Assembly (NCBI GenBank): GCA_051453625.1
Contig: JBOZIK010000001.1
Span: 1,689,449 to 1,753,448, forward strand
Length of the DNA stretch: 64,000 bases
Direction: 5' to 3'
Origin: Welwitschia mirabilis
Lineage: Eukaryota
Shown: positions 55,101-64,000 of the stretch, piece after piece
Numbering within the stretch: position 1 is the stretch's first letter
How the letters are laid out: each line of letters opens with the position of its first letter
The notes under the pieces: model-generated
Told to the model about the DNA's origin: nothing
What the model saw: only the letters and a program-made list of their open reading frames with translations
The model's database searches: none
Translations under genes and position numbers: made by a program

Positions 55101-58100
55101 CCAAATCAAAAATACCATCTAATAGCTCATCATCTTTAGCATGAATCCAAGGATGGAAATAAACCTATACATGGGATTTACTTACATATTGTTTTAGGAG
55201 AGAAAAATAGCAATCTCGCACAGGAATATAGTAATCATAACAAGGAAGAAGATTGACATGTTTCTAACATAGCTCTATAGGATCATCGCATTGACCAAGA
55301 AGCAATACAGGGCATGAAAGATACGAGACACTTTTGGTAGAGCACATGCATTTCTATAAGATAAGCAGTAAGGATTTTAGATAAGATGTGAATATTTGAA
55401 TGTAGATAAGAGTACATAAAAATAAGTATAAGATACTAGAATCACTAATGTTTTACAAGGAAAATATTAGCAAGAATCCTTCATAAAAGAGACAGTCTTA
55501 TTCATTTAATAAATGTAGATGTAGCTGCAGCTATAATTATCATAGGTTTAAGAAATTAAAATCCATTGCTTTTCTATAGAATCACTATAAGTGGAGCCAT
55601 TACCCAAATATGTACACCTAAAATAAGTGAAACAAGCATTTCACTATTGTCAAATATCTTAAGATGCACAATAAGTCCTACAGATACAACTATGAGAGAT
55701 TCTCCTATGGAATGTTTTCATTCGAAGGAGTGTTTTTAGTGTCTTAAAGGCCAATATATGGCCTTTGTCATACAACATGAGAGAAAGGAATTGGATGTAG
55801 GTGAGAAGCATCTAACACCATTAATTACCTTATAAAGACCTCCTGCTACATAAATTAAAAAGGTAAAATGGTCTGTAAATGGATATAATTTTTTTTAAAA
55901 TCATCCTTTTATTTTTTTATTATGATTTATTTTAATCTATATAATTAGGTAAAAAACCTCAGGACTAACCATTTGAAGGTAATAACTCATCTTTTTAAAT
56001 GAATTATGTTTTATTCTTGGGATGACAAAAAGTCTTCATTTATCGTTATGTAAGGCCCTTAGAGATTTACCTTATAATTCTTCAACATTTTTACTTAGGT
56101 GACCTAGAATTCAAGAGGACACATAACCCCCTACTCCTAGTTGCAATTTTACCCTTTAAAATTATGAGGAATGTAATTTTTTTAATTTCTTAATATCTTA
56201 TATTAAATAAAAAATAAAAAGTATCACAAGAATTACAATAAAGATAGAAGACATGAACTTAAGACTACAACAATGGTGTGATCTAATACATGATTAGGCA
56301 CACCATAAAGTTGTCCATATAGCTGAAGATAATGAATACCACCATTAATAAGATGTCCTTAAGAAAAATTAACCTTTAAGATTGTGTAATTTAGCTCATA
56401 CCCAAAAAGGTATTACCTCTCTAGAGAGCAGATAAAGAAGAGAAGTACTAAGAAGCCAATTTGAATATTCAACACCATGCAATAAAATCCAAGAAGGGCT
56501 AGCATGGTAATAATATAAATAATAAAGAAAGAAAATAGACATTTAAAAGAGAAAAATAGAATCAAAGAAGCTTTAAGATAAGTTGGTTGATATAGCTACA
56601 TGATTATGTAAAATGCATGATATGAAATTAAATAGTGCATCCGTTAAGGGGATGTACTAGATAACAATTAGAATGTTGTCATTAATGAGGTTATTATGAG
56701 GAAGGTAATGCCAAAATTCCTAATATAGTTAGATTTACTACTAAATTGAAAGGATGAAATACACATACCTATGTAAGATACATAAATAAACAATGTATCT
56801 ATGAGATTCTAATTAGAGATTATTTAGATATTATGATTATTATTATTCTTCATGTATAAATTGATAATCATATTTGAATTGAAAATGTGTGGGACTCATA
56901 GCCTCACTAGTATGGAATCAACTACTATACTCATTTTGCTCCCAGAGTTTGATGTTTCAATAGTTTACTTCATATTTATTTCTTATTAGGCTCTTAAATA
57001 TTTTAGTTATATTTTTTAAAACTTTATAGAATGTTTTTCCTCTTGACATTTTCAAGTTATCTCCTTCTTCACATCCTGTGCAAAGTTTAGATATTTAATG
57101 TCCTATAGTTAAGAGGGTACCTATGATCCACTAGTAATAATTTCTTAGTTTCTTTTAGCTAGAATGATTTATTCATAATACAACTTAAAATAACTGAACA
57201 TTTTCATGTGCCTTATACATAAGAACATAGTTCTAGTGGAAACTCATAATTAGATTATCCTTGGAAGAAAGGAAGAATCATAATCTCCTCCAAAGACCAA
57301 AATGAGTACTTGATTAGAATCTACTCCATAAGATGTTTCTGAAGATGAAAAAATAGAACTAGACAAAGCTCTAGTGCATCTCTTAATGATGATGTTGAGA
57401 TTCATCTCACATTGAATGGTGAACCAATCTTTTTCAAAGATGCCATTCTACATGATCACTCGGTCTAAGCCATGAAATAGAAATATAATGTACTTGTGGA
57501 AAATAACACATGGAAGTTTCTTGATCTTCTATTAGATCACACTACATTACCTAAAAATTCAATTTTACACAAATATATAAATTGGATAATACCCTTGAAT
57601 GACACAAATCTTGGCTTATTGCTATAGGCCTATGTCAAAGAAAAGGATTATACTATAATGAAGTCTTTGCATGAAAAACTAAATGGATTAGCATCAAAAC
57701 TATGATTTCTTTAGTAGCTTAGAAGGGATGGAAAATGCACCAATTAGGCATTAAGGCTATCTTTTTTAATAAAGATATAAAATAATAAATATATTTGATG
57801 TAACCTAAGTGTTTTTAAGTTAAAGGTAAGGAACAAAAAATGTGTAGAATAACTAAGTCACTCTATGAGCTAAAATAAGCTCTAAGGGCATGATATACAT
57901 AACTTACTGGTTATTTGGGCTTTATTGGATTTGAATTGCAATACTATCAAGATTTAGATGCCATACTATTCATTAAATTTCATGGATACAAATCTACATA
58001 TGTAGTGATTTATATAGATGACATGTTGATAACTGATAGCAATGAAGTGGATGTGAATCATATAAAAATTACTTTAAGTAAAGCATTTAAAATTATTAAT

Positions 58101-58950
58101 TTAAAATTAGGTAGATTATATCTTAATGTAGAAATGAATCAAATTAAAGAATGAAATATTCCTAGCTTAAAGGAAATACATTAGAGACTTGATTAAAAAA
58201 TTTAGATTACAAAATGCTAATAAGTTGTTAAACCTTTAGAACAAAATGTAAAAATTGATATTGATGAACATCTAGAATTAGCAAATAAAATCAAATACAT
58301 AAAAATAGTTGATAGTCTCATTTATGTTATCAATATTAGACTTGATATCCTATATATGGTTAGTGTATTATCTAGATATCTTTATGCATCAAAGATTAGG
58401 CATTTAAATACTATTATGAAAGTATTGAGATATTTAAAAAATATAAAATACTTATGTCATACATATAATAAAAACTCTCAATTTGTTTTAAAGTCATACT
58501 CTAACTTAGACTTTATTAAAGACTTAAAAACATCCTTATTAATACCAAAATATGTTATGATTTTAGAAGCATTAATGTTGTTTTAATTATCTAATATCAC
58601 AAAGTATTAACATGATCCTCTACAAAATAAAATTATATAGCTACATTCACAATGTATAGAAAAATTAAATAGCTAAGAAATCATTGATAAGAAATTGACT
58701 TGCAGTAAATAAAAGTAACTAAGATCTTTATTGATAATTAATCTACTATTTAGATCATGAAAGATGTAATGCATCATTATAGGATAAAATGCTTTAAGCT
58801 GATAAAATTAGAAAACTTATAGATCAAGAAGTAATTATTAGTATGTTATCCATTTATAAAATAAATAGCTAATATTTTAACTAAACCACTTAGTTAAAAA
58901 AACTTTTAATAGTTTCAATCCAACAAAAGATAAATTATGGATTAATGAAA
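52200..58950 (+). mobile_element. Ty1/Copia gag-pol, decayed, interrupted by a nested element
   Basis: Protease *ILDTSATKHMT (~53037-53072); LWHA*LSHP (~53413); integrase LIHNDLC, YFILFIDDFLHMTWVYF, FWVEA, LCVFGC; RT EPIFFKDA (57421), ENNTWK, KSLYELK*ALRA*, VIYIDDML, VLRYLK; RNase H IANILTKPL (~58865-58891). Domains are in Copia order. Confidence 0.92.
54233..57005 (+). mobile_element. Nested non-autonomous LTR element (LTRs about 54233-54557 and 56692-57005)
   Basis: Co-linear ~320-bp direct repeats; PBS-like tgggaattagag after the 5' LTR; flanks gatgt and gttat. Removing it rejoins the host integrase motif SHDV-FFK (SRDVxFxE). Confidence 0.8.
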
Positions 58951-59039
58951 CTCATTTTACTATAGTCATAAGGCTTTATTTGATTGCTAAAATTACTAAA
59001 AAAATCCTTTCTTATTCTTAGTACTATAAGATGTATAGT

Positions 59040-62000
59040 TGTTATGGTGTGTATTTGTGCAAGCATTTTATACTCAAAAATTTTCTATTATTTCATAAAT
59101 AAAATAAATATCTTAAATAATACAACATTCTAGTATGAGTGGGAGTGAACCTGAATGTTATATTCTCATTAAAGACTATGAGATGAGACTAAGGATTACT
59201 TTTTACAAGAAATAAAGTAACTAAAATTAAATAAAAATATAAGAAATAAAGATATAATGCAAATACAAATGCAACCTAACCTAAATGCAATGCAAAATAA
59301 AACTACACTACTTCCTTTAAGATTTAACAAAGGCTGCTCTAAATGATCTATATCATCCAAGAAATTATCACTAGATCAAGGGCAACATAAACCATAAGAG
59401 ATATCTAATAAACTAACATAAAATAAAAAAATAGATATTATATTAAGAAGTAACAACATCTTAGTTACAAAATACTAGACATCAATGGAGGATACATAGC
59501 CCTCCACTAAGGGAAGGTCTTTCTCCAACACTTAATATGGATCTTCTATCCTTCTATCTCCTATCACGATAATTTCTAGTGTAACAAAGATAGAGATGAG
59601 AATCAAAGTAGGACTTATTTATAGGGTTCCTAATTAGAAAATGACAAACAGAAACTATTATAATACACACTCTTTTATAGATAAGAAATAGACAAAACAG
59701 TCAAAGGTTAACTATCAGAGCTAGCTAGAATGGCAGTTTCATTCTGACTATCATCTAGATGACATATGGTATAATAACTTATTATAAAAGTTTACTTAGT
59801 AGATGACTTAGTAGATGAATTAATGGTCCTCATGAGCATCTAATGGTGTCATTGTCCTACCTATCATGAGGAAAATAGAGGAAACTATGTTCTTCTTTAT
59901 CATTCAAGTTAGCATAAGCTATACTTTTCTATCAGAAATCTTCTTTCATAGCCATGAGTATCAAAATGTATCATAAATGCCCCAAATATTGTTAAAAATT
60001 ACACATTTCCTATATCTTTTTTGATTTTCCAAAATCCTTAGAATTTTGCCTAAATCTATGTAAATTTGTTGTGAAACAGCTCATAAAAACCCATAAAATA
60101 ACCATAAATTAATAGTGCAACATATCCCTCCACTTAGCCTTTATTACTTCTTGATAAAAACCGGGTAAAAAACCACAATTGCGAGCTAATTATTCTTATA
60201 AAAAATCAACTTTAAAAAATATAAAATAGAATAATAAAAGATATCACATTGCAAACTAACATGGAATCCATAATGTATATGAAAATTTAAAATTTAAAAT
60301 AGATCATGAAAATGGGTTTTATAAAAAAAAAAGCTCCATGTTAATTAATAAACTAAAGAAAACAGATAGAAGTGAGAAGGTAGATGATGGATGATTTTAA
60401 ATTTAAATAACTTTTTAAATTACATGTAAAGCCAAGTAAAAAAATGTCAGATTTGAAAAATATAGATCTATTAAAAATTCTAACAAGCAAGGAGTAAAAA
60501 AAATGTTCTATCATAAAAATTATTAAGAGAAGCATTTACAACTTCAAAAGACTAGAAAATAAATATCACAAAATTATTAAGAAAATTTATTTAAGTAAAA
60601 AACCAACTCTTTATTAAAAACTAGGTAAGGAAAATATGGTAATGACTTCAAAATAACTAACTGAATAATAAAATAAAATAAAAAAATTAACATAAGGTAA
60701 CATAAATAAAATATAGCCCATCTATCCAAAATTTTAACTTAGTAGACTCCTGTGAGAGCAATCATAACATCACTTGATTTCTTAAAATGCATGACTTAAT
60801 GTATAAAAGTTTTCAATCAATAAGGTAGTGGTTATGATAATGCTAAAAATAAAATGATTTAAGCAATAAATGTTTATACCAAAAAATTACTCAAAAATAA
60901 ACTCAACTACCAACATCTCAAAATAAACACCTAAATCTCAAGAAATAAAATGATCATGTAAAAAGACTAAGAATCTAGAAAATAAAAAATGCCTTTGATA
61001 ATACCAAAAACACCACTGATCTCATAGCCTTCTAGTTTTTATTATTTTATTATCCATAATGAGGGGAGTGCAACCATAGTCAGAGAAGTAACAACCCATG
61101 AAGCATGACCCATTGACCTCCCAGTGGAGTTCCCACAACTATCATATTACACTTCTAAAGGCTCCTCTTGGAAAATTTACCCCAGTGTACTTATGGTAGG
61201 ACATTATGATAACCATGTTTTTGAACTATCTCAAATAAAAAATCATGGTCTTATTTCACATATTTCTTGTTCTTCTTCTTCTTCTTCTTCTTCTTCTTCT
61301 TCTTTTAACACAAAATAAAAAATGAAAGCATTTCACATGACCAAACACTCCAAAAGATAAAGATGAAGTCATAATATAAAGACAGAAATGAATATCTTTA
61401 AATAATCTAAGACCTTCTTACTATTGAGAAAAACATAAAAAAAAATCTTCCTTTAAATTGAAGTTCATAAATGTCTTAAGATTGGGTGAATCCAATCTTA
61501 CCACTTTAAAATGCCTAAGTCAAAAGACTAGTCATAGAATAGATACATAATTCATGTTTGAAAGATGATCAAGTAATGTCATATTGATCTTCAAGAAAAA
61601 TGCTAAGAGAAAATTCAAATAGTTACTAAAATATTTTTTAGCCTTTATCCATTAACTTTCTGAAATTCTTAAGTGGCTAAATCAAAAATTTCAACAAAGC
61701 CATTAAAATGTATTTTTTCAAAATAACAGAAAATTAAAATAATAAATAATTAATAGTCATCCTTCTTGTCATCTAGACAATAGAGAGGATGATAAAGATA
61801 GAAAGTAAGAAATAGAAAGCAGAAATCTAAAAGAAAACTGAAGGGAGAAAACAAAGACTATCATCTAGATTATCATGGGAATGACATAAGGGACAACACA
61901 CACCAAAAATTAAAATGGAAGGCTAAAAATAAAATCAAAGTCAAAATCATAAGGAAAAAAGAAAACACCAAAGCTAGAAAATTTTATTTAAATCCTAAAA

Positions 62001-64000
62001 TCTATTCAACACTTTTATTGAAAGGAAAAAAAGGGGAAAGATTTGTTTTGTATTATTTTTAGAGAAATAAGGCCCAAACCAAATGTTCACCAATTGATAA
62101 AACATAAAAGATACGCAATTATTTTTAAGTAAAACCAATTGGAAGAAGAGAGAATAAAAAGATAATACTTTGATAGCACAAATTTCAAAATTCAAATAAG
62201 AGAAAAACAAGTGATAAGTATCATTAAGAAATAATCTCTTATAAAAAATTTGTGAATCCTAAGTATCATTATAAAAAGCATATGAGAAGGATCTCAAAGA
62301 AAGTTTTAAAGATGATTTTAAAGGTTCTTTAAAATGTTCTCTATCATTTGATTCAAGATATGGATTTTTAGTAGGAAAACAAGGCTTTTTCCAATGAGCA
62401 CATGACATTTTATTTTTACAAGATCTACCAGCAATCTAAAAGATAAAAAATATATATAACTCATGGAAAAACAATCTCTTATCAAAATCATAATATAAAG
62501 GGTTTGAAACATAAATTACATTTAGAGCTTGATACTAAACATGAGAGGTATTATTTAAGATCCAAGGATTTGTAAGAAACTTCTTAACATGAGTGATTAA
62601 AATAGGTCTCACATACCTAAAAAGATCTTTAACTTTAATTTTAAATATGGATTTGGATCAAGAAGATATGGCTTGCCCCAATTTAGAGTTCTAAGATATT
62701 CCAAGTCTTGTTTTTGAAAAGAATCATCATTAAAAGCATAAGGTAGAGTTGGCTTTGCAAAAGAGGAAAAGATGTTACTTTTTTCAGCACATAAACTTTT
62801 CAAAGGAAAGGATTGTGGGATTTTTGAAGTTGAGTCCTCAAGATGATGTGGCTTATTACTTTTAAGGACAAAGATGTGGTTTGAAGAGTTAATTGAATTC
62901 TTTCTTCATTAATCATATCTCCCTCTTCTTTATTTTTTATTGTATCTTGCTCTTCTTTTTTATTTTGTTGAGTATTATTTTCTTATAAGTTAGTGGATTC
63001 CTCAAAAAGATCATTAAAAAGACTATATAAAAGAAGCTCTCATTGTCTTCATTATGTAATGAAATATGTTCTAATATTTCTTGATTTGTCTCCTCGTCCT
63101 CTATGAATAATTTTGTTAACTTCAAGTTGCTATTACTGAGTTGATTCTTTTTTATTAATTTTTCCTAGTACTCATCTCTATTAATCTCATAAGTTGAGCC
63201 TCTTTTAAAGGTGGAACACCTTCATCCCTACAAAGTATGTGAAAACAAGGGATATGCTCTAATATTTCAATGTTATCATCATTTTCTTATCTTATTGCAT
63301 GTTATTGTTTTCATGAGAAGGAGAAATGCGATCATGATGTCTATCATAGATTAAAAAATTTTTAGATTTTTTTTGAAAGTATTCTTCATCTAGTAAATGG
63401 GTTTCAGAAATATAATCTAATACCTTAATATCATCATTTAACAAATGATCATCCTCATCTTTATTGTTTAAAGATATCATTGAATTATTGTTGTCTCCTC
63501 TTTTTACATCTTCTAAATTTTGTAATAATGTTTGCTACAATATTTTAATCAAATTTTCCATGTTTTTGTTGGTTTTTTCCTGGTTCTTTATCATTTTGTT
63601 AATCATTTCTCTCATTGGATTATTTTCTTCCTCATAGTATTAATGAGAGATGGTTCTTCTTCATAGTAATGCATGGGATATGGATGAAATGGATAAAAGT
63701 AATTGTACGAGGTTGAACCCCTAATATTTTCATTATTATTTCTATATGAAGTTTGAAAAGAAGATGGGAAATAATAAGATGGTTGAAAAAAGGAATGGGT
63801 GCAATCCCTACTCTCAACATCATTTTGTGTTGTTATCCCTATTTTTGTAAGAAGTTATCGAAGTTTTTTCTTACTATTATCCTCAGATTTTTTCAAGTTT
63901 CTCCTTCTTTTAGCAAGAATTTCCCCAAGGGTCATTGTAATACTATTGATAATTGAGAAGAATGGGAAAAAGAAAAACTAATTTAAGATGAAGTTAAGTG
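59040..64000 (-). mobile_element. Athila-like Gypsy element: 3' LTR (about 59040-60122), PPT and internal region running off the window
   Basis: Minus strand aagtggagggata-TGTTGCAC junction at 60135-60115; long A-rich non-coding internal stretch; only broken acidic ORF remnants at 62.3-64 kb. Lineage inferred from architecture; no pol domains seen. Confidence 0.6.
61270..61303. repeat. (TTC)n microsatellite
   Basis: Direct reading of the sequence. Confidence 0.9.

Overview
AT-rich land-plant nuclear DNA from a gappy draft assembly. Only one intact gene can be supported: a six-exon RabH1/Rab6 small GTPase on the + strand (CDS 17240-24089, 207 aa, canonical GT-AG introns, a 4.7-kb intron 5 filled with TE debris, C-terminal CXC). 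Convergent with it (about 25620-27560, - strand) is a probable pseudogene with an FCP1/NIF-type HAD domain, preceded by a ~170-bp tandem repeat. The rest is nested, heavily decayed transposons: several Ty1/Copia remnants, a gag-only (TR-GAG-like) Copia family including a tandem unit sharing one LTR, two long L1-type LINEs plus a fragment, a 2.2-kb non-autonomous chromovirus with both LTRs, a second non-autonomous LTR element inserted in a Copia integrase, Athila-like LTR sequence, and three copies of a tRNA-derived SINE. The repeats show strongly directional C>T/G>A decay. Most long ORFs in the supplied track are N-gap artefacts, and several apparent duplications are overlapping contig ends around gaps. 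I found no convincing novel multi-gene system. The best leads are the FCP1-like repeat pseudogene, the SINE family, the non-autonomous LTR elements and the mutational signature. All alignments were done by eye, so TE boundaries are approximate unless termini are quoted.
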